A stretch of DNA of 64,000 nucleotides from Candidatus Omnitrophota bacterium (GCA_043805415.1 JAZDHZ010000021.1:8127-72126), one strand, 5' to 3'. Shown: positions 28,065 through 39,285, numbered from the stretch's first letter. The notes: generated from the sequence alone by a model not told the origin. Numbers and translations are program-made.

Positions 28065-29663
28065 ATGTCTAATGAAAAAAAAATATTTTTAGGTATTGAT
28101 ATTGGTTCAAGCTCCTTGAAAATTGCGCTTTTAAGCAAGGAAAAAGGAGGCAGGATCAAATTGCTTCAAGCAGTTTGTGATGAGTATACAAGTTATCCTG
28201 TAAGTGAAGATAATCAAAATCAAACCGCATTATTAGCCTATTTTTTAAAGAAATTCCTATATAAAGAGAAAATTTCCCGGGATACCAGGATAGGTATTTC
28301 TATTGCCGGACAATCTGCTTTTGTTCGTTTAGTTAAAGTTCCGGTTACTGCGCCCGCAAAATTGCGCCAAATTGTGCTTTATGAGACTCAGCAACAAGTG
28401 CCATTTCCGATAAAAGATGTTGTTTGGGATTTTCAAATATATGGACGGGATAAAAAACAAATCAGTGTGCTTTTAGCCGCTGTAAAAAAAGAGCTTACAT
28501 CTTCGATTTTAGATGTGATCAGTGAATTTTCACTTAATGTTGAGTTTATTGATGTAAGCAATCTGGCTCTTTATAACTGTTTGCATTATTTTTATCGTGA
28601 TCTTAAAGAAACATTAGTTTTAGATATTGGCGCTAAAACAACAAATATTATTATTGTCAACGACGGTAAAATCTGGACGAGAAGCCTGCCGATAGGCGGT
28701 CAGGATATCACGGATGCGATTGCGCTTTCTCTTAAAATAGATAATGCTCAGGCTGAAAAAATAAAAAGAGAAAAAGGCAAAGTGCTGATGCTTTATTATG
28801 GCCAAAAACGCTCGCAAGATACCCAAGAACAAAAAATCGCGGAAGCGATTACTGAGATATTAACAGACTTGACCAATGAAATTGTTAAGACATTGAATTT
28901 TTATAAGTCTCAGCATAAGTCTGATATGAATTTTAAAAAAGTGTTGCTGACCGGGGGTGTTAGCAAAATAGATAATATTGATAAATTTTTTGAGAATAGT
29001 TTGTCTCTTCCTGTGGAGAAATTGGATTATTTGAATTTTCTGGGTTTTCATCATAAAATTGATTTGTCACTCAATGAATTATTAGGACCGGCAATCGGTT
29101 TAGCATTACGCGGTCATGGCCGGTCAGTTTTAAATATTAATTTGCTCTCGCAAGAGCATTTGCAAAAGAAAACCTTTAAAAAGAAAATCCCATTTATAGT
29201 CAGCACCTGCGCGGCTTTTAGTTTATTCTTACTCGGATTGCTTATGCTGATTGCTAGCAAAAATAGCCAACTGGCTAGTTATTTGGAAATATTGAATAAT
29301 ACAATTACTAAATATGAACAAGCGACTAAACAATTAGACGATTTGCAAAAAGAGATCAATACTACGCAAAACAGCCACAAAGCAATGAGTAAAATTGTAT
29401 CGGAGCGCTATGACGCGATAGAAATCCTAAGCCTGCTTACTCAAACAATGCCTGGGGCAGTGTGGATTCGAAGTCTTAATTTAGATTTAGAACTTAACGC
29501 GATTGTTATTGAAGGAAACTGCGGACAGGATTTAAACGCGCTGGATTCTTTTCAAAACCAAATTAAGTCACAGGAAATATTTAAAGATGTGAAAGTGAAT
29601 ACTGTTAATAAAAAAGAAGATGGGACGATAGATTTTTCTTTAAGCATATTTATAAACACATAG
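28065..29663 (+). CDS. PilM-PilN fusion protein
   Basis: IFLGIDIGSSSLKIALL is an actin-like fold motif. LNINLLSQEH precedes a TM helix (IVSTCAAFSLFLLGLLMLIA), followed by a periplasmic tail. Confidence 0.75.
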   Translation: MSNEKKIFLGIDIGSSSLKIALLSKEKGGRIKLLQAVCDEYTSYPVSEDNQNQTALLAYFLKKFLYKEKISRDTRIGISIAGQSAFVRLVKVPVTAPAKLRQIVLYETQQQVPFPIKDVVWDFQIYGRDKKQISVLLAAVKKELTSSILDVISEFSLNVEFIDVSNLALYNCLHYFYRDLKETLVLDIGAKTTNIIIVNDGKIWTRSLPIGGQDITDAIALSLKIDNAQAEKIKREKGKVLMLYYGQKRSQDTQEQKIAEAITEILTDLTNEIVKTLNFYKSQHKSDMNFKKVLLTGGVSKIDNIDKFFENSLSLPVEKLDYLNFLGFHHKIDLSLNELLGPAIGLALRGHGRSVLNINLLSQEHLQKKTFKKKIPFIVSTCAAFSLFLLGLLMLIASKNSQLASYLEILNNTITKYEQATKQLDDLQKEINTTQNSHKAMSKIVSERYDAIEILSLLTQTMPGAVWIRSLNLDLELNAIVIEGNCGQDLNALDSFQNQIKSQEIFKDVKVNTVNKKEDGTIDFSLSIFINT

Positions 29664-29675
29664 AAATCTACGATT

Positions 29676-30416
29676 ATGGAAATATTGTTAATAAAAAAAT
29701 TTAAAAAAACTTTTACCGTTATTGTCATTATCGGGGTAATTTGTGTATGCCTGATAATCGCGATCCTGGCAGCCGGAGTTTTAAATTCGACTTTAAATTT
29801 AAAAGTTTCCGAACTGGAAAAAAAACTTATAGTCTATAAGAAAGCTTTGGGCAGCAATCCGGAGCAAGCGATAGATATCAAAAAATCCTTAAAGCAACAG
29901 TTATTAGCTGAAAATGAACAGATTAATAATCTTTTTATGAAAACAAGGGAAAGTAATCCTGTGACCACTACGCCGCTTTCATTTAAACAATTTTTGTTTA
30001 GTACTCAGGATAGATTAAAATCTAAGGCGCTTAAGAAAAAGATGTCCTTACCTGTTTGGCTGGGATTTGATGAATATAAAATTAATGTTCCTGATGCTGA
30101 TAATGCTGATGTTTTGATTAAAGAGCTTGCTATTGTCGAAGAGATTGTTAACGGAGCATTGGCTAGTGAGGTGAGCTCTATTGAGAGCATTAAATTATCA
30201 CACCAAAGACTTAGCGTAATAGTTGCTGAGCAAAAAATTAAATATTTGCCTATTGCTTTATCAATAAAATCTGATTCCGGGCAGATGAAAGCTTTTTTGA
30301 TGAATATTTCAAAGCTGCAAGGTATTTTTTCGATCAAACAATTAAAAGTAAAGTGCCTTGATGAAAATAAAAATCAATTGTCAGCGGATATAAATCTGAA
30401 GTTTATCGAGATATGA
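29676..30416 (+). CDS. PilO-like inner-membrane pilus assembly protein
   Basis: N-terminal TM VIVIIGVICVCLIIAILAAGVL, coiled coil, and position after pilMN. Confidence 0.5.
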   Translation: MEILLIKKFKKTFTVIVIIGVICVCLIIAILAAGVLNSTLNLKVSELEKKLIVYKKALGSNPEQAIDIKKSLKQQLLAENEQINNLFMKTRESNPVTTTPLSFKQFLFSTQDRLKSKALKKKMSLPVWLGFDEYKINVPDADNADVLIKELAIVEEIVNGALASEVSSIESIKLSHQRLSVIVAEQKIKYLPIALSIKSDSGQMKAFLMNISKLQGIFSIKQLKVKCLDENKNQLSADINLKFIEI

Positions 30417-31123
30417 AAAATATGAATAAGATATATGATAATTTAGAAAAAATAGCCTGTTTTACGATGGTAAGTATTTTGATAATCAGCAGTTATTTTT
30501 TCATTACAAGCAATGCTGAGTATAAAATATTTGTAGAGCAAAAGAAAAGTGAATTAGCAGATATGGATAGGCAATTTGTGGCAAAATCAGCTGAGCCGGG
30601 AACTTTACTATCAAGAATTGATGAAAAAACAAAGATTGATTTACTGAAAGTAAAAAGGAATATTTTTGCTCCGTTTAAGGATGATGATGAGAAAAGACAA
30701 TATTCTAATAATTCCGTGTTGGAGGTATTGGATATTGCCTATAAGCCATTGGCCTTTCAATATCAAGGAAGAATAATTTATCCTAATGGACAGATTGTAG
30801 CGCAGATTAATGCTGATAATAAAAGCTATTTAGTAAAGACTGGTTCAAACTTGGGAAAATACAAGGTTGGGCAATTGGATAAAGATTCAATTAATTTAAA
30901 AACTAAACAAGGTGAAAATGTAACTATTAAATATCTGCAGACAGCGTTTAGTGATGAGTTAATGGCAAAAATAAAAGAAAGTATTTCTGGAGAGATTGAA
31001 ACAGTTTATAAAAACAGTGATATATACGGCTATAAGGTGCTTGACATTGAGGAAGATTGTGTGATATTATCTAAGTCAGGACAGCACCTAAGGTTACAGA
31101 AAGGAATGGTGCAAGCAAAATGA
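30413..31123 (+). CDS. PilP-like protein (N-terminal anchor, beta-rich C-terminus)
   Basis: Position between the pilO-like gene and the secretin. Overlaps both neighbours by 4 nt. Confidence 0.4.
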   Translation: MKNMNKIYDNLEKIACFTMVSILIISSYFFITSNAEYKIFVEQKKSELADMDRQFVAKSAEPGTLLSRIDEKTKIDLLKVKRNIFAPFKDDDEKRQYSNNSVLEVLDIAYKPLAFQYQGRIIYPNGQIVAQINADNKSYLVKTGSNLGKYKVGQLDKDSINLKTKQGENVTIKYLQTAFSDELMAKIKESISGEIETVYKNSDIYGYKVLDIEEDCVILSKSGQHLRLQKGMVQAK

Positions 31124-33057
31124 AACGATTTTTCTTCTTTTTAATTCTAATATCTTTTTTCTTATCTTCTGCTCAAAGCGGGGTTTGCCAAGAAATCGAT
31201 ACGAGTAGTTTTGAGCAAGAGCGGGCTTTAGGGCTTGCTAATCAGATCGCACAGCAAAAATATTCAGTGGCTCAAACAGATACAAAGTACTTAAGTGCCG
31301 ATGTCGCTGATTTAGTCAGCAAAGGATATGATGCTTGGGCAAATCTTGATTTTGAACAGGCAAAGTTATTTTTTAATAGCGCGCTGAATCTTGAACCGAG
31401 TAATTCTGATCTCTCGGAGCTTATTTATGGGGTTGAAAAAGCGCGATTAGAATATGAGCGTGATAAGGTGAAAACAGAATTGTCTCTTTTGCAGGAAAAA
31501 AAAGTGCTTGATTCAGAGAAAGCATGGCTTATCGATGAACAGCAAACCACAGTTTCTACCGCGAAAATTAAAAAACCAGAGGTAGCTGCTTTAAAACAAA
31601 AAGCAATGCAGAAAAATGTCAGCATAGATTTTACCAACGCGCAGATTAGTAATGTGCTTGAGTTTTTATCAGAAGTCAGCGGAATTAATATTATTATGGA
31701 TGAGACCGCTGTAGCGAGCGCGGGAAATATCGGCATTCATCTGAAAAATGTTAGTTTAGTCCAGGCCTTAGAATCAATATTGCGCTCTAAAGGACTTGGT
31801 TATCGTTTTGAAAATGATTTTATTTGGGTTAGTTCTCAAGCTGATATTGCCAATGAAGGTTTAGTTGTGCGTGTATATCATCTTTCTCAAGGCTTAGCAA
31901 GTTTTACTTATTTTACTACTTTTGACACGGTTACAGTTGAGGGAGTGCGGGCAGATAATAAAATAGTTTTAGGCGATGCTGCTGGTGAAGAAGGCACTGA
32001 TAGCTCTGGGGTGCGGACTTTTGAAGGGATAAAAGTCGGTGGGCCCAGCGGAGTCGCGGGTAAAATAACAATGACAATTGAAGATGTTTTAAAACAAGTC
32101 GTTGATTGGCCGGAAACAAGTAAGATATTCCTGGATAATCGGACAAGTACTCTTATTGTTAGAAATACCCCGAGCAATATTGCGGTTTTAGAAGAAGTTT
32201 TAGCGGCAATTGATGTAAATCCTCCCCAGGTTATGATTGAAGCAAGGTTTGTGGAAATCGGCGCGGATGATTTGTATTCTTTGGGGCTTAAGATGAATGC
32301 TGAGATTTCTGGTCAAGGGGCATCAGCTCCGACATCATTTCCGTTTAATAAAAACAATGATGGAAAATTCGCAGCTGCTTTTCCTAATCCAACAACTGAT
32401 GAATTTAATGTGGGTAAGCTTGATTTTTCACAGTTCCAAGCGGTTATTTCTGCTATAGAAAGAAATACTAATAGCAATACTCTTTCTTCTCCGAAGATCA
32501 CTACAATTAGCGGGCAAGAAGCAGTAATAAAGATAGTAAAAGAATATCGATATCCCACAAAATATGAAATCGAAGTATTAAAGGTGGAAGATGCTAGTGG
32601 TAATACGGTTACCCAGTCTTTTCCCGTTCCGGTTGAATTTACAACCCGCGATATTGGAATAATTTTAAAAGTTACCCCTAATGTTGGTGCTGATGAGAAG
32701 ACAATCAATATGACGGTTATTCCAGAGGTTAGTGAATTTGACACAACCAAAGACTTTTTTAATTATGGGACAGCTGAAAGACCATTTTTACAGCCTTTTT
32801 TCAATACGCGGAACGCGACAGCAAGTATCATCGTTAATAATAATGAAACTGTTGTCATGGGCGGACTGATGCGGGAAGTTGTAGAAAAGGGGGTTGACCG
32901 TATTCCAGTGCTGGGGAGTATTCCGTTGATTGGAAATTTATTTAGCCGCAAAGTTGACAATAAACAAAAAAGAAATTTATTGATTTTTGTTACAGCAAGA
33001 ATAATCAGTCCTACTGGCCAAACAGTAGCAAAAAAATATTTTTTTGAAGAGTTATAA
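31120..33057 (+). CDS. pilQ: Secretin (PilQ/GspD family) outer-membrane channel
   Basis: TLIVRNTPSNIAVLEEVLAAIDVNPPQVMIEARFVEI (N-domain / secretin junction). C-terminal ETVVMGGL...IPVLGSIPLIGNLF...LLIFVTARII. Signal peptide present. Confidence 0.9.
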   Translation: MKRFFFFLILISFFLSSAQSGVCQEIDTSSFEQERALGLANQIAQQKYSVAQTDTKYLSADVADLVSKGYDAWANLDFEQAKLFFNSALNLEPSNSDLSELIYGVEKARLEYERDKVKTELSLLQEKKVLDSEKAWLIDEQQTTVSTAKIKKPEVAALKQKAMQKNVSIDFTNAQISNVLEFLSEVSGINIIMDETAVASAGNIGIHLKNVSLVQALESILRSKGLGYRFENDFIWVSSQADIANEGLVVRVYHLSQGLASFTYFTTFDTVTVEGVRADNKIVLGDAAGEEGTDSSGVRTFEGIKVGGPSGVAGKITMTIEDVLKQVVDWPETSKIFLDNRTSTLIVRNTPSNIAVLEEVLAAIDVNPPQVMIEARFVEIGADDLYSLGLKMNAEISGQGASAPTSFPFNKNNDGKFAAAFPNPTTDEFNVGKLDFSQFQAVISAIERNTNSNTLSSPKITTISGQEAVIKIVKEYRYPTKYEIEVLKVEDASGNTVTQSFPVPVEFTTRDIGIILKVTPNVGADEKTINMTVIPEVSEFDTTKDFFNYGTAERPFLQPFFNTRNATASIIVNNNETVVMGGLMREVVEKGVDRIPVLGSIPLIGNLFSRKVDNKQKRNLLIFVTARIISPTGQTVAKKYFFEEL

Positions 33058-33153
33058 ACACAGTCAAATCTTAATCACTTAAAAGCTGGGTACACGCCGC
33101 ATTGTATAAATCCCGATGATAAGTATGTATAGCGTAAGGCATATCTAAATTCG

Positions 33154-35727
33154 ATGCAAAGAAAAAAACTTTATCTTGTAGATGGAAACTCCTATATTTA
33201 TCGGGCATATTATGCTATCGGGGACTTGACAACATCTACCGGTATTCCGACAGGCGCGGTTTTCGGCTTTGTCACAATGCTAAATAGGCTAAAAGCTGAT
33301 GCTGCTCCAGATTATCTCGCGGTTTGTTTTGATTTAAAGGGACCAACCCTCCGCCATGGAGGTGAAGTTGATTATAAAAAAGATCGCAAGCCTATGCCGG
33401 AAGACCTGGTTATTCAGATGCAGGTAGTTAAGGAAGTTATCGGCGCGTATGGGATACCAATCTTTCAGCTATCAGGCTATGAAGCAGATGATATTATCGC
33501 GACCTTAGCTGTAAAATTTAAAAAAGATGTAGATGTTTACATTGCCAGCAGCGATAAAGATATGTTGCAACTGGTGGATAAATATGTTAAAATTTATAAT
33601 CCGCAAAAAGAAAGTAAGATTGTTGATGAAGCGCAGGTTTTTGCAAGATATAATGTAACTCCCAGTCAAATAACCGACCTTTTAGCTTTAGCTGGTGATA
33701 GTTCAGATAGTATCCCCGGAGTACCAGGGATAGGGCCTAAAACAGCAGCTGAGTTATTATCAATGTTTGAGGATTTAGAAGGTATTTTAAAAAATACTGA
33801 TAAAATTACCCAGAAAAAAAGAAAACAGCTGCTTGAAGAATTTGCCGATCAGGCTAGGCTGAGCAAGAAACTAGCAACGGTAATCACTGACGCGCCGATT
33901 GATGTTTCTTTAGAAAGACTTAAAGGTACTAGCCCGGATGCTCAAACTTTAAGAAATATTTTTCAAAGACTGGAATTTAAGAATTTGTACCGGAATTTAG
34001 CTGATCAAGAACCACAAAATAATAATGCTATAAAATTTGAACAGATTAATACAAAAAAAGAATTGCACGCGTTTTCTCTTGATTTAGAAAAGGAAAAAAC
34101 TCTTTCCTTCTGCGTTCGGACTGATAACGAAAAACTGCATAATATTACCAGTTTAGAAATAAGTTTTAATGAAAATTCTCTAACAACCATAATTATAAAT
34201 AAAAATTTAACAATAGATGATGTTCAACAGCAATTAGCGCAAATTTTTTCTGATCAGAATACGCTTAAAATCGGCTATGATATTAAAAGTTCCTGTATTA
34301 TTTTTGAGAAAAATAATGTAAAACTGGAGGGGCCGTTCTTTGACATAATGGTTGGGGCATATTTACTGGAGCCAGGGGCAAGTAGAAGAACCCTGGGAGA
34401 TATTGCCGGCAACTATATTGGTAGAAATATTGACTCGAAAATACAGGCAGCTGAGCAGATAAATATTAAAAACATGTTAGATGCTGAACTTAAAACAAAA
34501 GAATTGTTATCGCTTTTCAACGACGTAGAAATGCCTTTAATCAGGGTATTAGCTTTAATGGAGAGTGCGGGAATAAAAGTTGATAAAGATTTGCTGTGTT
34601 CAATGGAAAAAAGTATAGAAGGAAAGCTGAATGTGCTTACAGCGCAAATTTATAAGACCGCTGGGTGTGAATTTAATATAAATTCACCAAAACAACTAAG
34701 TGATATTTTGTTTGATAAATTAAAATTACCTATGGGGAAAAAGGGGAAAAGCGGGCCTTCGACAAATGGGGAAGTGCTTAAGCAGTTAGCTTTGGAACAT
34801 GCCTTGCCGGCAATGATTCTTGAATATCGTGAGCTGGCTAAGCTAAGGTCAACCTATATTTTGGGCTTGCTTGATTTAATCGATCCGATAACTTCCCGGA
34901 TACACACATCTTTTAATCAAACTATTACCGCAACCGGAAGACTTAGTTCCAGTACGCCTAATTTGCAAAATATACCAGTAAGAACGGATATTGGCAGAAA
35001 GATCCGGGCTGCTTTTATAAGTAAGGCATCGGATTGGAGTCTTTTATCGGCTGATTATTCGCAAATAGAATTAAGAGTTTTAGCGCATATGTCGGAAGAT
35101 GAGCAGCTTATCCGGGCTTTTAAGCAGGATTTAGATATTCACGCGTTTACGGCTGCTTTAATTTTCGATATTGCTGAAGATCAAGTAGATACAAAAATGC
35201 GTAATTTGGCAAAAAGAGTTAATTTTGGCATAATTTATGGAATGGGAGCCTATGGCTTAGCCCGAGATATTGAAGTATCCCATGTTGAAGCGAATAAATT
35301 TATCGATGAGTATTTCAAACGATATCCATTGGTGAAAAAATATTTACAATCCCAGATTGATCAGGCCAGGGAAACCGGTTATGTGACGACTCTGCTTAAT
35401 CGCCGCCGTTATATTCCGCAAATAAATACTAAAAATGCCATGCAGCGAAGTTTTGCTGAACGCACAGCGATGAATACGCCGATTCAAGGGACAGCGGCTG
35501 ATTTAATTAAGTTAGCAATGATTAATGTTTTCAATGAACTAAAACAAAAGCAGTTTGAAGCAGTTATGGTTTTGCAGGTACATGATGAATTGGTTTTTGA
35601 AGTTTTGGATAAAGAGCTTGAGCAGGTGAAAAAAACAGTTAAACAGTGTATGGAAAATGTGTTTAAACTTAATGTGCCTATTCGGGTTGATTTAAAATCG
35701 GGAAAAAACTGGAGAGATATGCAGTAA
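33154..35727 (+). CDS. polA: DNA polymerase I
   Basis: 5'-3' exonuclease N-terminus (LYLVDGNSYIYRAYYA). Polymerase motifs DYSQIELRVLAH, RR..K..NFG..YG, QVHDELVFE. The 3'-5' exo motifs look degenerate. Confidence 0.95.
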   Translation: MQRKKLYLVDGNSYIYRAYYAIGDLTTSTGIPTGAVFGFVTMLNRLKADAAPDYLAVCFDLKGPTLRHGGEVDYKKDRKPMPEDLVIQMQVVKEVIGAYGIPIFQLSGYEADDIIATLAVKFKKDVDVYIASSDKDMLQLVDKYVKIYNPQKESKIVDEAQVFARYNVTPSQITDLLALAGDSSDSIPGVPGIGPKTAAELLSMFEDLEGILKNTDKITQKKRKQLLEEFADQARLSKKLATVITDAPIDVSLERLKGTSPDAQTLRNIFQRLEFKNLYRNLADQEPQNNNAIKFEQINTKKELHAFSLDLEKEKTLSFCVRTDNEKLHNITSLEISFNENSLTTIIINKNLTIDDVQQQLAQIFSDQNTLKIGYDIKSSCIIFEKNNVKLEGPFFDIMVGAYLLEPGASRRTLGDIAGNYIGRNIDSKIQAAEQINIKNMLDAELKTKELLSLFNDVEMPLIRVLALMESAGIKVDKDLLCSMEKSIEGKLNVLTAQIYKTAGCEFNINSPKQLSDILFDKLKLPMGKKGKSGPSTNGEVLKQLALEHALPAMILEYRELAKLRSTYILGLLDLIDPITSRIHTSFNQTITATGRLSSSTPNLQNIPVRTDIGRKIRAAFISKASDWSLLSADYSQIELRVLAHMSEDEQLIRAFKQDLDIHAFTAALIFDIAEDQVDTKMRNLAKRVNFGIIYGMGAYGLARDIEVSHVEANKFIDEYFKRYPLVKKYLQSQIDQARETGYVTTLLNRRRYIPQINTKNAMQRSFAERTAMNTPIQGTAADLIKLAMINVFNELKQKQFEAVMVLQVHDELVFEVLDKELEQVKKTVKQCMENVFKLNVPIRVDLKSGKNWRDMQ

Positions 35728-35769
35728 GGCATTTATAAAAATGGGGGGCAATGGTAATCATGGTTCAAT

Positions 35770-37194
35770 ATGGGGGGAATTGTGAAAGTATTATTTTGTA
35801 GTTCTGAAGTAGTTCCTTTTGCGAAAACCGGCGGATTAGCTGATGTTGCCGGAACCCTGCCTCTTGAACTTGCCAAACTGGGGATAAATATAAAAATAGT
35901 TTTACCATATTATAAAACTATTGATCCAAAAAAATTTAAATTAAAAAGATTAGATGAAGATACCTTAATGGCTATTCTTCAAGATAAGGTAACAGTTTAT
36001 TTTTTAGAAAATAAAAAATATTTTGATCGATCAAGTCTTTATCAGTATTACGGAGTAGATTATAAAGATAATCTCGAAAGATTCACATATTATTGCCAGC
36101 AAACACTTAAATTAGCAAAAAAAATTAAATTTAAGCCGGATATTATTCATTGTAATGATTGGCAAAGCGCTTTGATCCCGGTTTATTTAAAAACTTTGTA
36201 CAAAAAAGATGCTTTTTTTAAGAAAACAAAGACTGTGTTTACAATCCATAATCTTGGCTATCAGGGACTTTTTCCCAAAGAGGATTTACCTTTAACCGGA
36301 CTGAGTGATGATGTTTTTTCAATAGATGGTTTAGAATTCTATGGAAGAATAAATCTGCTTAAAGGCGGATTATTATTTTCCGATAAAATTACAACAGTAA
36401 GTTCTACATATGCTGATGAGATTCAAACCCCGCAATTCGGCTGCGGCTTAGAAGGGGTGCTGCGGAAAAGAAAAAAAGATTTATCGGGTATCTTAAACGG
36501 CATAAATTGCCATGATTGGGACCCGCAGCAAAATAAAACTTTGATAAAAAATTATGGACCTGATTCGGTTGAAGGAAAATACAGCAATAAAACTGATCTG
36601 CAGAAACTTTGCAAACTAAAAGTTAATAAGAGTATCCCCGTATTCGGCATAATAACTAGATTAGCAGATCAAAAAGGGCTGGATATATTAGCAGAAGTGA
36701 TTGATAAAATAGTTCAGATGCCGATTCAGTTTGTTTTGCTGGGTACTGGTGACCAGAAATACCATAAATTGTTTGAGGAGATAAAAAGGAAATATAAAAA
36801 CGCGTCAATTCATCTTACTTTTGATGCGTCTTTAGCATATAAAATTTATGCTAGTTCAGATATATTTCTAATGCCTTCTTATTATGAACCCTGCGGCTTA
36901 GGGCAGTTAATAAGTCTTAATTTCGGCACAATCCCTTTGGTTCGTAATACTGGCGGCTTAGCGGATACGGTTATAGATTATGATCCGTTTACAAAACAAG
37001 GCAATGGCTTTGTTTTTGATGCTTATCAGTCCGGGGCTTTATTGGAAGCAATTAAAAGAGCATTATGCGTTTATCATGACACTGATACTTGGAAAAAACT
37101 TGTTGTGGGCGCAATGAAATGTAATTTTTCTTGGGAAATATCGGCAAAAGAATATAGTAATCTTTATAAAAACCTATCAAGCGCGAAAAAGTAA
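35770..37194 (+). CDS. glgA: Glycogen synthase (ADP-glucose type)
   Basis: KTGGLADVAGTLP, and the GT-B C-terminal half. Confidence 0.9.
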   Translation: MGGIVKVLFCSSEVVPFAKTGGLADVAGTLPLELAKLGINIKIVLPYYKTIDPKKFKLKRLDEDTLMAILQDKVTVYFLENKKYFDRSSLYQYYGVDYKDNLERFTYYCQQTLKLAKKIKFKPDIIHCNDWQSALIPVYLKTLYKKDAFFKKTKTVFTIHNLGYQGLFPKEDLPLTGLSDDVFSIDGLEFYGRINLLKGGLLFSDKITTVSSTYADEIQTPQFGCGLEGVLRKRKKDLSGILNGINCHDWDPQQNKTLIKNYGPDSVEGKYSNKTDLQKLCKLKVNKSIPVFGIITRLADQKGLDILAEVIDKIVQMPIQFVLLGTGDQKYHKLFEEIKRKYKNASIHLTFDASLAYKIYASSDIFLMPSYYEPCGLGQLISLNFGTIPLVRNTGGLADTVIDYDPFTKQGNGFVFDAYQSGALLEAIKRALCVYHDTDTWKKLVVGAMKCNFSWEISAKEYSNLYKNLSSAKK

Positions 37195-37211
37195 AATCAG
37201 AACTTTATTTT

Positions 37212-37823
37212 ATGATTAATAAATTAATGGTAATCGGATTAACTGGCGGTTTAGCCAGCGGAAAAACGACAGTGGCAAAACTGTTTGCTGGGTTTGGGGC
37301 AGCGGTTTTAGACGCGGATAAAATTAGTCACAGAGCGCTTTTTAAAAATTCGCGTTGTTATAATAAAATAGTAAAGCGATTTGGGCGCAAGATTCTAAAT
37401 GATAATGGTAAGATAAACAGAAAAAAATTAGCTGAGCTTGCCTTTAAAAATAAAACAGAGCAAGCAGCGCTTTGCGCGATAATCCATCCCTGGGTTTTTG
37501 AATATATTGACAAGAAAATAAAACTCTATAAAAAAAATAAAGAGTTAAAACTGCTTATGGTGGAGGCAGTATTACTTATTGAGTCAGGACTGTATAAGAA
37601 GATGGATAAGATTGTTGTGGTAAAAGCAAGCCCAAGCCAACAGCTCTTAAGAGCAAAACTTAACCGAAATATGGATGAGGAATCGGCAAAACAAAGAATG
37701 CGGTATCAATTAAAACTTGCTCGGAAAATTAAGTACGCTGATTATTTGATCGATAATCAGGGGGCTTTTAAAAATACAGAATTTCAAGTTAAAAAAATAG
37801 TAGTTCAATTATTGAAAGGTTAA
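37212..37823 (+). CDS. coaE: Dephospho-CoA kinase
   Basis: IGLTGGLASGKTTVAK, LDADKISH. Confidence 0.9.
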   Translation: MINKLMVIGLTGGLASGKTTVAKLFAGFGAAVLDADKISHRALFKNSRCYNKIVKRFGRKILNDNGKINRKKLAELAFKNKTEQAALCAIIHPWVFEYIDKKIKLYKKNKELKLLMVEAVLLIESGLYKKMDKIVVVKASPSQQLLRAKLNRNMDEESAKQRMRYQLKLARKIKYADYLIDNQGAFKNTEFQVKKIVVQLLKG

Positions 37824-37863
37824 CAAAATATGTTTAGGTAACTAAAAAGTCCTAAACAAAAAA

Positions 37864-39285
37864 GTGAGGGAGTCTATGAAGCCACAAAAAACAGAAAGAC
37901 CAGAAAGACCAGAAAGACCAAAGCCAACTAGAGCAGATAGCAATTCGCGTTATCCGACACATAACTCTAGACCAAAGCAACTGATACAACCTGAGCGCCG
38001 CCCAGTTGAAAAACACCAGACTGATGGAGGGATCTATATTGGTGAACTTAAAAAAATGAGTGGTTCAGGGTTGATAAAAATAGCAAAAGATTTGAAAATT
38101 GCCGGAATAAGCGGAGTTCGCAAACAAGATCTTATTTTTAAAATTTTGCAAGCTCAGGCTGAAAAAGCCGGGAATATGTTTGGTGAAGGAATATTGGAAA
38201 TACTTCCCGATGGATTTGGTTTTTTAAGATCACCGAACTATAATTATTTGCCTTGTCCGGATGATATTTACATTTCTCCTAGTCAAATAAGAAAATTCAA
38301 TTTAAAAACCGGGGATACGGTCAGCGGTCAGATTCGTCCTCCCAAAGAAGGCGAGCGCTATTTTGCCTTATTAAAGGTTGAAGCGGTTAATTTTGAAGCC
38401 CCGGAAAAAGTAAAAGACAAAATCCTGTTTGATAACTTAACTCCGCTTTATCCTGAAGAGCGCTTAATTCTGGAAACAGATTCAGAAGATGTATCAACGA
38501 GAATTATGGATTTATTAACTCCGATTGGAAAAGGACAGCGAGGTTTGATTGTTGCGCCGCCTTATAGCGGAAAGACTGTTTTACTGCAGAAAATAGCAAA
38601 CAGTATTATTACGAATAATGAGGATGTGGTGCTTATTGTTCTTTTAATTGATGAGCGTCCGGAAGAAGTTACTGACATGCAGCGTTCAGTTAAGGCAGAA
38701 GTTATCAGCTCTACTTTCGATGAACCGCCGGAAAGGCATGTGCAGGTCGCGGAAATTGTTTTAGAAAAAGCAAAACGATTGGTTGAATGCGGCAGAGATG
38801 TAGTTATATTATTAGATAGTATAACCCGTTTGGCTCGGGCCCATAATACGGTTGTTCCTCATTCCGGGAAAATCTTATCCGGCGGTGTGGATTCCACTGC
38901 TTTGCAAAAACCAAAGCGGTTTTTCGGCGCTGCCCGCAATATTGAAGAAGGCGGGTCATTGACAATCCTCGCTACAGCATTGATTGATACCGGAAGCCGG
39001 ATGGATGAAGTTATATTCGAAGAGTTTAAGGGTACTGGAAATATGGAATTGCAGCTTGATCGTAATTTGTTTCAAAGAAGGATTTATCCAGCAATTGATA
39101 TTAAACGTTCTAATACGCGTAAAGAGGAATTATTGGTTGATCCGGAAGAATTAAAACTTATTTGGATTTTGCGCAAAGCTTTGAATGAGCTAAGCAGCGT
39201 GGAGGCAATGGAACTGCTTAGTACTAAACTTAAGAAAGTGGCAACAAACGCGGAATTCTTGCTTTCATTGGCTAAAAATAGATAA
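37864..39285 (+). CDS. rho: Transcription termination factor Rho with a ~60-aa low-complexity N-terminal extension
   Basis: [16 protein letters not shown]; the C-terminus matches the Rho tail pattern. The N-terminus contains a (PER)x3 tandem 9-nt repeat at 37895-37921. Confidence 0.95.
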   Translation: MRESMKPQKTERPERPERPKPTRADSNSRYPTHNSRPKQLIQPERRPVEKHQTDGGIYIGELKKMSGSGLIKIAKDLKIAGISGVRKQDLIFKILQAQAEKAGNMFGEGILEILPDGFGFLRSPNYNYLPCPDDIYISPSQIRKFNLKTGDTVSGQIRPPKEGERYFALLKVEAVNFEAPEKVKDKILFDNLTPLYPEERLILETDSEDVSTRIMDLLTPIGKGQRGLIVAPPYSGKTVLLQKIANSIITNNEDVVLIVLLIDERPEEVTDMQRSVKAEVISSTFDEPPERHVQVAEIVLEKAKRLVECGRDVVILLDSITRLARAHNTVVPHSGKILSGGVDSTALQKPKRFFGAARNIEEGGSLTILATALIDTGSRMDEVIFEEFKGTGNMELQLDRNLFQRRIYPAIDIKRSNTRKEELLVDPEELKLIWILRKALNELSSVEAMELLSTKLKKVATNAEFLLSLAKNR

